Part shown: in pieces, positions 11,276 through 21,225 of the stretch
Numbering within the stretch: the stretch's first letter is position 1
Layout: each line of letters opens with the position of its first letter
Origin: an uncultured Gemmataceae bacterium
GTDB lineage: Bacteria; Planctomycetota; Planctomycetia; Gemmatales; Gemmataceae
Direction: 5' to 3'
NCBI GenBank assembly: GCA_963750165.1
Contig: CAVVPN010000001.1
Span: forward strand, 128,001 to 192,000
Length of the DNA stretch: 64,000 bases
The notes under the pieces: model-generated
Databases searched by the model: none
Told to the model about the DNA's origin: nothing
The model's input: the letters and a program-made list of their open reading frames with translations, nothing else
Translations under genes and position numbers: made by a program

Positions 11276-14200
11276 ATGACCATGAATCCGCTGCTGGTCC
11301 GGCTGTCGCAACTCCGCAGGCGGCTGCGCCTGGTGACGACGGTGCGCGGCAGCTGCTGGACGCTGGCCGTGCTGATCGGCGCGCTGGCGCTGGCGTGCCT
11401 GCTCGACATTCTGGTGTACCGCGTCCTCGGCCTGGAGTTGCCGGGCCTGATCCGCGGCCTGTTCCTGGCTGCGACGCTGGCCGGCACCGGCCTGGTCGGC
11501 TACCGCTGGCTGTTGCGGCCGCTGTCCGACCGGCTCAACGATCTGTCGCTGGCGCTGCGGGTCGAGGCGGAGTACCCCATCCTCAACGACGCCCTGGCGA
11601 GCACCGTCGAGTTCCTGCAAACCTCCGGCACGCCGGATCGCACCGTGTCGCCGACACTGAAGCGCGAGGCGGTGCAGCGGGCCATGCGCATGATGCAGGG
11701 CTGCGACTTCAACAAGGCGGTCAACACGCGCGGTCTGCGTCTGGCGCTGGGCGCTGCCGGGCTAGCACTGCTGCTGGCGCTGCCACTGCTGCTCTGGTTC
11801 CCGGCCCAGGCCGGCACCGCGTTCGTGCGCGTCATCGACCCCTTCGGCGACGCTTCCTGGGTGGTTCGCGATCCGCAGACAGTCCTGGAGATTCACTACC
11901 CGAAAAAGGTCGCATTCGAGCAGAAGTTCATCATCACCGGCACCGTGCGCGGCAAAATCCCCAACCCACGTGTGGCGACGCTGGAGTTCAGCGGCTACCA
12001 GCGCTCGACGCTGGAGGTCGAACTGGGCAAGGGCGACGATGGCACGGCCACGCTGTACGTGGACCTGCCGATGGCCCATCAGAAGCGCGACTTCCGCTTC
12101 CGCGTCCGCGTCGGCAACGCCACCTTCCCGACAGAGCCGGGGGCGTGGTGCGACGTGACGCTGACCGCGCCGCCGCAGCTGGCGGACCTGGACAGCAAGC
12201 TGTCGCCGCAGATCGAACTGTTCTACCCGCGCTACACCGACCTGCCCTCACCGGAAACGCTGCCGCCGGGCAAGACCGACATCGAGGCCGTGGAGGGCAC
12301 CCTGGTCAAGCTGCGCGGCGCCACCGACCGGCCCATTGCCCGGGTGTACGTCAACTACCAGCCCAGGGCGCCGCGGCCGCGTGAGTTGGTCGGCCTGGCG
12401 CTGCTGGCGGCGAACCGGCCACTGGGCCCGCTGGCGCTGCTGGGCGGTGTCCGGCGAGTGCTGGAGCCCGTCGAGGGCCGCGTCCTGGCTGAGGGCCGCG
12501 AATTCCGCATCGCCTTCACGCCGCCCGTCGAGGGCACCTATCTGCTGACCATCGAGGACGCCGAGAAGCTGAGCAAGACCTATGAGTTCAAGCTCGGCAT
12601 CTACCCCGACCCGGTGCCGCTCGTGAAGCTGAAGCAGCCCGTGGGCGTCCGCACCGTCCTGCCCGATGCCGAGGTGGAGTTGAAGGTTGCCGCCCAGGAC
12701 GAGAAGTTTGCTCTGCGCAGTGTCTTCGTGGAGGTCCGCAAGAAGGACGCGACCCAGCCGCTGCTGGCCGGCGCTCTGCTGGCGCGGTTGCCGCTGTACG
12801 AACACACGGTCCAGGAGGCGGCGCTGGCCCGCGTGCTGAGCGTCTTTGCGGCCCGGCCGGTGCCGTTGCCGCACCTGCGACCGCAGAAGCTGGACCTGAA
12901 ACGGCTGCTGCCGATCAAGGGCCTGGGCAAGGAAGGCGACGTGCTGATCGTGCGCGCCTTCGCCGATGACTTCAACGACCTGGTGGCCTTCCGCGGCCCC
13001 GGCCGGAGCGAGGAATATGCGGAGTTGCGCATCGTCGGCCGCCGCGAACTGTCGGCCCTGCTGGACGAGGCCCAGGCGAAGTTGCACCAGGACCTCGCGG
13101 ACATCCGCGACAAGCAGGACAGGGCGATCAAGCATGTGGCCGCTGCGGAGAAGGAGTGGAAGGCCAAAGGCAAACTCGGCGCCGACAACAAGGAGGGCCT
13201 GGCGGCGGCGGATCGTCTGCAGAAGGACATCAAGAACAAGATCGGTGCGGAGGACGGCAAGGGCCTGCGCGCCGAGGTGGCCAAATTGCAGCAGATGTTG
13301 AAGGAGAACAAGATTCCGAAGTCCGGCGTGGCCGAGCGGCTCAACAAGATCAAAACCGAACTCGACCGCCTGGCGGAAGGCCCGCTGCCGCTGCTCGACG
13401 ACACGCTGTACAAGACCCGGCTGAAGTTGCAGCAGCAGACGGACGCCAAACCGCCGGCCCCGAAGGAGAAGAACGGTCTGGCCGACGCCCAGGGGCACCA
13501 GCAGGAAGTCAAGCGGACGGTGGAGGAGTTGCTGGCCACCCTGGAGAACTGGGCCGGGCTGAACGAGTTCCGGGCCGAGTTGCGGGCCATCTTGCAGGAG
13601 CAGAAGGACATGCTCGCGGAAACCGAAACGATCCTGCGCGACGCCACCAAGGCCGGCGGCCGGGTCACGCCGGAGGGCGAAGTGGACGCCCGCAAGATCG
13701 GCAAGTTGCAGGAACTCCTGTTCAAACGCACCGAGAAGCTGGTGGCGCGGATGGGGAACAACGAGGATCGGGCCACCAAGGATCTCGCCACGGCCCAGTT
13801 GCTGGAGAAGGCGGTCCAGATCGCCGCCGAGAATTACCTGATCACCAACCCCAGCGAGGGTGGTCTGCCGCTCATGGTCAGCGTCTACAAGATTCAGTTG
13901 CTCAACTCCAAGGACAAGGGCGGGCCGCGGTTGTTCCAGGCGACCAAGGAACAGAAGGAAATATGCGACATCCTGGGACTGATGATTGAGGCCCTCGAAG
14001 ACCCGCGCGACGCCCGGCTGGAAGGGCTCATCAAGAACCAGAAGAAGGAAGGGCAGAACCTGGACAAGCTGGCCGAGCGCCTGGAAAAGCTCCAGAAGCG
14101 CATCGACAAGGCCAACCGCATCGCCGACCCGCGCACGGCAGCAGGAACTGAACCGGCTCGCGGCCGAGCAGCAGAAGCTCCAGGACGATGTGCAGAAGAA

Positions 14201-15158
14201 GTCCCGCGAGCTGGCCCGGCTGGAGGCCCCGCGGGCGGCCAAGGAACTGGAGGATGCCGCCAAGGATCTCGCCCAGGGGGCGGAGAAACTCAAGCAGGGC
14301 CAGGTTCCCGAGGATGGCCAGAAGGACGCGCAAAAGAAAATCGAGCAGGCCCGGCAGAAACTCAAGGCCGCCCAGGACAAAGCCGAGGAGGAACTGGCCC
14401 GCGAAATCCAGAGCCGCCTCGCCGACCGCATCCGCGCCCTGAAGGAGCGCCAGGACGCGGCTGTGGCGGAGTCGGCCCGCATCCATCAGGCGCTGCTGCA
14501 AAATGTCCGCTGGTCGCGGGCCCTGCTCACGAGCCTGGAAGACAACCATGCGGCCCAGGGCGGGTTGTCGCAGGAGGTCGCTGCCCTGAAAACCAAGGTG
14601 AAGGGGGCGCTCGTCTTCGCCAGCGTCCTCGACAAGGCGGCCCGCTCGATGGACGCCGCCTGCAAGGTGATGACGGGCCGCGAGAAGAAGATCGCCATGC
14701 TGCTGGGGGGAAATCAAGGTGCACCACCCCTCGACAAGCAGGCCACCGACGCGGAGAATGAAGCGGACCAGCTGACGCAAAAGCACCAGCGCGACGCGAG
14801 TCAACGGCTGGAACGTTTGCTGGAGGCCTTGAAAGAGAGCCTGGCGGCGGCCCAGAATGAGGACAAGGGCGCCGGCGACGGGGGCGGCGGGGGCGACGGC
14901 GGCGGCGATGGGGGCAAGGCGAAGAAGTCCCGGCCCGTGGACGGCATCCCGCCGCTGGCGCAGTTGAAGGTGCTTCGCGCGGAGCAACAGGACGTGAACC
15001 GGCGCACGCAGGACTTCGCGGAGCGCAACCCGGACGTGAACAACCTGCCGCCCGCCCAGCAAGCCGAGCTGGACGAAATCCGACAGGAGCAGGATCGTAT
15101 TTTCGAGTTGTTCCAGAAGATGGCGCGAGCCGTGAGCGGCGAAGGAGCCAACCCATGA
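11276..15158 (+). CDS. Large membrane-anchored coiled-coil protein (DUF4175-like), frameshift near 14135
   Basis: N-terminal TM helices, LALRVEAEYPILNDALASTVEF, PRYT Ig-like region, long heptad coiled coil; ORFs 11276..14761 and 13986..15158 join. Confidence 0.75.
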
Positions 15159-16096
15159 TACGTTTGTTTGCCCTGGTGGCGTTGACCTCGTGCCTGACCG
15201 TGGCCGGGCTGCTGGCCCAGCAGGAGGAGCCCGCGAAAGGCAAGCCCGAGGGCCCCGGTGCGCAACCGGGCAAGAAGGGCGAAGGTCAGGCGGAGAAAAA
15301 GGGCGACAAGCCCGCCGCGGAGGACAAGGAGGATGTCAAGGAGATCGTCAAGCGCATCAACAAGAACATGATCGCCACCTACTCCCGGCTCGACAAGAAG
15401 GACGTGAGCGACCCGACGCGCAAGCTGCAACGCGACATCGTGAGCGACCTGGATAAACTGATTGAGCAGCAGCAGAAGAACGACAAGAACTGCAGCGACG
15501 GCGGCGCCAAGAACCAGAACCAGAACCCGGACAATCCGCAGAAGAAGGACCAGCAGCAGAAGAACGAAAAGGACGATGGCCAGGGCCAGGAGGGCAACCA
15601 GCCCAGGAGTGAGCCGAAGCCCAGCCAGGGTCAGCCGGAGGCCAAGCCCGAGGGCCAGGCCAAGGACGCCGGCCAACCGCAGCAGGGCGAGCCGATGGGC
15701 CAGGGGAAACAGGGCCAGGCCAAGGCGGAGGGCGCTCCGAAGGACCCGGGCATGGGTCAGCCGATGCCCGGCCAGATGAAGGAGGGCCAGGCCAAGAAAG
15801 ACATGAAGCCGGGCGAGGGCCAGCAACTCGCGAAGGCCAAGCCGGACAATCAGCAGAAGAAGGGCAAGGGCAAGGGCAACAACATGAACGACCAGTTGCC
15901 GCCGCCCGACAATAAACTGGTCAAGGACCAGCCGAAAACGGTGAAGGACCTGAAGTATTCACCGTGGGGCGATTATCCGGATCGGGAACGGGCGCTCATG
16001 AATACCTACCTGCAGGATCGCTTCATCCAGGGTTACGAAGATTTGTTGCAGCAGTATTATAACGCCCTGAGCCGGAAGAAGGCGAAGGGGCGGTAA
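15155..16096 (+). CDS. Exported low-complexity (Q/K/G/P) protein with conserved-looking C-terminal helix
   Basis: Signal peptide; C-terminal WGDYPDRER...FIQGYEDLLQQYYNALS; overlaps previous stop (ATGA). Confidence 0.75.
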   Translation: MIRLFALVALTSCLTVAGLLAQQEEPAKGKPEGPGAQPGKKGEGQAEKKGDKPAAEDKEDVKEIVKRINKNMIATYSRLDKKDVSDPTRKLQRDIVSDLDKLIEQQQKNDKNCSDGGAKNQNQNPDNPQKKDQQQKNEKDDGQGQEGNQPRSEPKPSQGQPEAKPEGQAKDAGQPQQGEPMGQGKQGQAKAEGAPKDPGMGQPMPGQMKEGQAKKDMKPGEGQQLAKAKPDNQQKKGKGKGNNMNDQLPPPDNKLVKDQPKTVKDLKYSPWGDYPDRERALMNTYLQDRFIQGYEDLLQQYYNALSRKKAKGR

Positions 16097-16137
16097 TGAG
16101 GATCGCCCCGCAGCCGGGGCGTCAAGGGGGATGCGTC

Positions 16138-17258
16138 ATGTTGACTCGTCGGCAACTTCTCACGCGCGGCAGTGGCGCCCTGGTCAGCCTGGCCAGCGGC
16201 GGTCTGCTGGTACGTGCCTTCCAGCAGGATGTGCCGGCCCCGGACGGCCGCGCCGCCCGCGGCATGATTACCCAGCCCGCCCAGAACGCCATCAATCAGG
16301 GCCTGGCGTACCTGGCGGCCAACCAGGCTGCCGGTGGCGCCTTCGGCACCTACCAGCACCAGGGCAACGTCGCCATCACCAGCCTGTGCGGTCTGGCGAT
16401 GATGGCCGGCGGTCACCAGCCTGGCCGCGGTCGTTACGGCAACGTCGTCACGCGGGCGCTGACCTTCGTGCTCGACCAGGAGCAGCGCGAGCGGCCCGGC
16501 TTCCTGTACAACCGCAACGCGCCGATCCACGGCCCCATGTACGGCCACGGCTTCGGCACCCTGTTTCTGGCCGAGGCGCACGGCATGGTGAACAACCGGG
16601 CGCTGCGCGATCGCCTGCACGGCACGCTGACACGGGCGGTGCGGCTCATTATTGAAACGCAGAACCGCGAGGGCGGTTGGCGCTACCACCCGGCGCCGAA
16701 CGACGCCGACCTGTCGGTGACCATCTGCCAGATCATGGCGCCTGCGCCGCCCGCAACGCCGGCATTTCGGTGCCCAACCAGGTCGTCACGAACTGCATCC
16801 GCTACGTCAACGACTGCCAGGACCTGCACGGCGACGGCGGCTTCCGCTACATGAAGCACGGCGGCCCGACTGGCTTCGCCCGCACCGCCGCTGGCGTCGT
16901 GGCGCTGAACAGCGCCGGCGTCTACAAGGGCCAGGCCGTGCAGAGGGGCCTGGACTATCTGATGCGGAACTGCCGCCCCGGCGGCCGCCCGAACCTGAAC
17001 AACAACGACATGGCGATGCACTACTACTACGGCCACTACTACGCCGTCCAGGCCATGTGGATCGCCGGCGGCCACTACTGGACGCAGTGGTATCCCGCCA
17101 TCCGCGACGAACTGGTCAACCACCCGGATCGCCAGATGCAGAACAACAACACGCAATGCTGCTGGGTGGATCGCCGCATCTGCACGCACTACGCCACGGC
17201 CATGGCGCTGATTATTTTGCAGATCCCCAACAACTACCTGCCCATCTTCCAGCGATGA
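16138..17258 (+). CDS. Prenyltransferase/squalene-oxidase repeat (alpha-barrel) protein with Tat-like signal; frameshift near 16740
   Basis: TRRQLL twin-arginine; QNREGGWRY, CQDLHGDGGFRY repeats; YYYGHYYAVQAMW; C-terminal YLPIFQR. Confidence 0.85.
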
Positions 17259-18630
17259 ACCGACCAGGCCAACGCGGATACTCCTCATGTTGTGGCCTGG
17301 TCTCCCCCAGCACCCCGGAGGAGACCTTCGGTCGCGAAAGTGGCACAGTCGGGAGACCGTGCCACAACCAAGGCCAACGCGAATACGGCCGGCGTCTCCT
17401 ACCCACGGGGGCGCTGGCCTTGTTTGTTTCGCTCGCCGCCGGCCAGCAGCCCGCCGCGCCTCCCCCCAACTTTGCCCTGCACACCGCGGCCGGCCCAAAG
17501 GCAACGGGCCCGCTGCTGCGGCTGACGGCCGACGGGTCGGTGACCGTGGGGCCGGGCAAGGGCAGCGTGTGCCCCGGGGCGGAGCTGGTTTCGCTGCGAC
17601 GAGCCGGCGTGCCGCTGCCGCCGCACCCGACCGGGCCACAGGTGGTTTTCGCCAACGGCGACCGCGTGCTGCTGGACCCGCAAGGGCCGTTCCGCGTCGC
17701 CGACGACCTGCTCCGCTTCCGCCCGCGCCCGCCCTTGACGGCCGGCGACCAGACGTTCCGGCCGCCGCTGGGCGTGGTGACGCTGTTGTGGCTGCGGCCC
17801 CCGAGGGGGACTGAGAACCCCGGGCTGCTGCTGCGCCGGCTGCAATCGCAGAAACGGACGCGCGACCGGGTGCTGCTGGACAACGGTGATTTTCTCGAAG
17901 GCGTCGTCACGGCGCTGGACGGCGCGAACACCTGCCGGGTCCGCGAGACCGCCGGCAAGGTCCGCGAAGTGCCGAGCGCCGCCGTGGCCGTCATCGCCTT
18001 CCGCAGCGACCGGCAGACGCCCGGCCTGCCGAAAACGGCCTTCGCCCAGCTGGTTCTGGCGGACGGCGCGCGGCTCAGCCTGACGGCCGCGACACTGGAC
18101 GAGGCGGCCAGAGTGATCCGCGGCCGGACGCTGTTCGGCGCGGAGGCGACTTTCCCGCTGGCGGACCTCATCGCCCTGGACATGCGCCAGGGCCGGGCGG
18201 TCTACCTCTCCGACCTGGCGGCGGTTGGCTACGAGCACACGCCGTATCTGGGCGTCTCCTGGCCGCTGGTCCGGGACGGCAGCGTCACGGGCGGGCCGCT
18301 GCGCCTGCGCACGGGCACCCACGACAAGGGGCTGGGCATGCACGCCCGCAGTCGCGTCAGTTACCGGCTGGACGGTAAGTATCGCACCTTTGAAGCGCTG
18401 GTCGGGCTGGACGCGGTGACGGGCAAGGGCGGCCGGGCGCGCGTCGCGGTGCTGCTGGACGGCAAGGCGCAGTGCTCGGCTGGAAGAAGGAACTGACCGG
18501 ACGCGACGCCCCGCGGCTGGTGCGGCTCGACGTCCGCCAGGCGCAGACGCTGACGCTGGTCGTGGACTTCGGGTCGCAGGGGGACGTGCAGGCGCACGTC
18601 AACTGGGCGGACGCGCGGCTGATCCGGTGA
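17255..18630 (+). CDS. NPCBM/NEW2 domain-containing protein; frameshift near 18475
   Basis: VYLSDL, KGLGMHARSRVSYRLDGKYRTFEALVGLD, ending ...DVQAHVNWADARLIR*. Confidence 0.8.
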
Positions 18631-18655
18631 CCGGAAGCGCTCGAAGGGCCTGGGC

Positions 18656-19033
18656 ATGGCGGAATTTGACACCGGCTTCAAGATCATGACGCGGGTGTCC
18701 GGCAGCGGCTTGACGCGGCTCGCGGGCATTGTGCAGCAACAACTGGAGCCGATCGGCGACACGCTGCAAACGACGGAGCGCCTGGCCGACCGCGCCTTCC
18801 GCGCCCGCAACGGTAACCGGCGTTTTCTCGTCTACTTCGAGGCGTAGACGCGCTGGGTGGATTCGGCGGTGGGGAGCGTGCTGGCCAAGAGCGCCCTGCT
18901 GTCGGAGCGCGAACGGCTGCCGACGCGCAGTGTGATCTTCGTGTTGCTGCCGCAGAGGTATCGCGAGCAACAGGGCATCTTCTGCCTGGAAGCAGAGGAC
19001 GCCCCTGGGACAGCTTTTGTCGTGAAGTCGTGA
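18656..19033 (+). pseudogene. Truncated Rpn/DUF4351-like (PD-(D/E)XK-type) gene with in-frame TAG
   Basis: MAEFDTGFKI...ERLADRAFRAR...FLVYFEA*TRW...ERERLPTRSVIFVLLP; decays after ~120 codons. Confidence 0.55.
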
Positions 19034-19067
19034 AAAAGCTCTATTGACCGGATGGTCCCTCCCCATT

Positions 19068-20358
19068 ATGAACCCTGCCAACCAGGAAGATTCGCCGACC
19101 ACCCATGACCAGGAAGCTGTCATGAAAGCAGAGGCAGGGCCGCTCATCATCATTGGGGCGGGGCGTTCTGGCAGTTCACTTCTCAACGAGATGCTGGGGG
19201 GCCATCCCGACATCACCATGCTCGGGGAAATGAATTTCAGTGTCCCTGCGTTGTGGCGCTGCGCCTGGGAGGTGTCGGCGGCGGCGCGACGTGCGCGGCC
19301 AGCGGCAGCAGGAGAAGCTGTTCGGAGAACTGCCGCCCCACGCCCCGGAGGAGGAGGTCTTCACCCGGGCCCGTGCAATTGAAGCCGAAGAACGCGGGCG
19401 CATCGCCGAGGTGATCCGCCATACGCTGGGGCAGATTTACTTCCCGGACGGCCCCCCGCGGCGCGTCTGGGGGTTCAAGGAAATCTGGATGACCATCGCC
19501 CGGCAGGAGGACTGGGCCATCTACGACGAGGTCTTCCCCACAGCGATGTACGCCCACCTCATCCGCCACCCGTTCGCCTTCGCGCGCTCGGTCGCCGACT
19601 GGAACCGTGTCCCCTTCAAGATCGAGTTCCTGCGGGAGCAACTCACGGCCTGGGTGGATTATCTGCACGCCAGCCGGGTGCGGATCGGGACCGGGCGGTA
19701 CTGGTTGCTCACTTACGAGGCGCTGGCGGCGGACCCGCGCGGAACTCTGACCCCGCTGCTGGAACTCCTCGGCCTTGCCTGGGACGACGGCTGCCGGGCC
19801 CCACTGGGACATGAGCACGTTCGGTCGCCGCGGCGCTCGCACTGGCCGGCCGGCGCTGCCGGTTTGACAACGGCGGTCCCGGGATTGGGGCGGTTGATGG
19901 CCGAGTTCGGTTACCGGTCGCCTCTTCGGGAAGAAGAAGGATCCGGCGCCCCCGCCGGCCCGGTCGAGGTCGCTTCCCCGATGTCGGGGGGGACCTGGCG
20001 TTTGAACCCGCCGTTCGCCGCCGACGGCCCCCGCGGTTGGGTCGTTCCATTGACCCAGGTCGCGGGTTTGCAGGGCCTGGCCGGGGTGGCGGACGACCTG
20101 GAGCATTTGCGCCGTTCGCCGCTGGCGCTGTTCGAGGCTGGCCGGCCGTTGGGCCCCGCCCACAGCCTGCATCACACCATCCGCGAAGAGGGCCGGGGAC
20201 GCTATTCGCACTGGCGCATCGGCCACGACCTGCTGTTCTCGACCTCGGATAACAGCGACCCGAACCGCAACGGCCGGGCGTATACCATCGCGGCCGACTG
20301 CCTGCGATCAGTGGCGGCCCAGTCCGCGGTCCCCAGCGGGCTTCCAGGGCTGGGTTAG
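19068..20358 (+). CDS. Sulfotransferase with extra C-terminal module; frameshift near 19280
   Basis: IIIGAGRSGSSLLNEMLGGHP PAPS-binding loop, WGFKE, HLIRHP..ARS, TYEALAADP. Confidence 0.8.
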
Positions 20359-20633
20359 AATTCTTCTGCGGCAACCAAAAATAAATGATCCGCCGCCCGG
20401 GCGTCGTCTACCGTGAACCGAAACCCGCGCGGTCGGCCCTGGTCCCACACCGTCAACCCGAACCAGAAGTAGAGATCAGGACGGGCTGGATCGCGGCGAG
20501 ATCGATGACCCGCAGTGTTATTTTCCAGTTCTCGCCGCAGTCCATTTAACAGACCCAGTAACGCCTCGCGCCCCAGGCCGAAGCCATGTATAGCCCGGCT
20601 GATCTCTGGCGGCAGGATAATGGTGGGTGGCAC
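20355..20633 (-). CDS. Small hypothetical protein (possible toxin)
   Basis: GTG start with AAGGAG RBS, 92 aa, immediately downstream of 20638..21171. Confidence 0.55.
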   Translation of the reverse strand: MPPTIILPPEISRAIHGFGLGREALLGLLNGLRRELENNTAGHRSRRDPARPDLYFWFGLTVWDQGRPRGFRFTVDDARAADHLFLVAAEEF

Positions 20634-20637
20634 AGGG

Positions 20638-21171
20638 TCACTCCTTGACTGCGGGTTCTCCACGCTCCAGGCGCGAAACCAACTCGCCAATGGCCTCTCC
20701 TTCGCCGCGGTCCAGGGATGCCTGTGAACTCCAGAGCATTTCCTGATTGGCGGGCGGCGGCTCTCGGTTCAGCCACTGCACCAACTCCCGGGCCTTGACG
20801 GCCACTTCACGGGCAGCGGCCAGTTGCGGCCCCACCTCCGCGGCCGCCGCCGGGACGGCCCAGTCAGGTTGCTTCTGCCGCGTGCGCGCGATCAAGTCGC
20901 CCGTCCGCATCAGCAGTTCGACCAGGTTCAGGGCCAGGAACTCCACGGCCCGAACCCGGGACAGATAATATCCGGTTTCCCAAACACTCCCTTCCCGGGT
21001 ACAGACGCGCCAGGCCCGCTGCAACCCCGAAGTCAACTGCACGGCCCTTACCGTCAGCGTCTCCAGGCTGTGGTTTTTCTCGGACGCCAGCCCATTCTCC
21101 TCCCAGGCATAGGTGCGTTCGAGGAGTTCGAGAGCGGCGCCCACGTCCGCCGGCAGTAGCGAGGTTTCCAT
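20638..21171 (-). CDS. Hypothetical helical protein (possible antitoxin)
   Basis: 177-aa ORF, GAGGG upstream, 4 bp from next gene. Confidence 0.6.
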   Translation of the reverse strand: METSLLPADVGAALELLERTYAWEENGLASEKNHSLETLTVRAVQLTSGLQRAWRVCTREGSVWETGYYLSRVRAVEFLALNLVELLMRTGDLIARTRQKQPDWAVPAAAAEVGPQLAAAREVAVKARELVQWLNREPPPANQEMLWSSQASLDRGEGEAIGELVSRLERGEPAVKE

Positions 21172-21225
21172 CACTGTCCCCTCTGATTTGGAACCATCGG
21201 CCCTTGCCATTGTACCCTGCGGGCC

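Noticed and set aside
18845..18847. In-frame TAG as stop-codon recoding
   Set aside because: TAG ends normal genes here (11078, 32743, 37825) and the gene is also 3' truncated, so a pseudogene is simpler.
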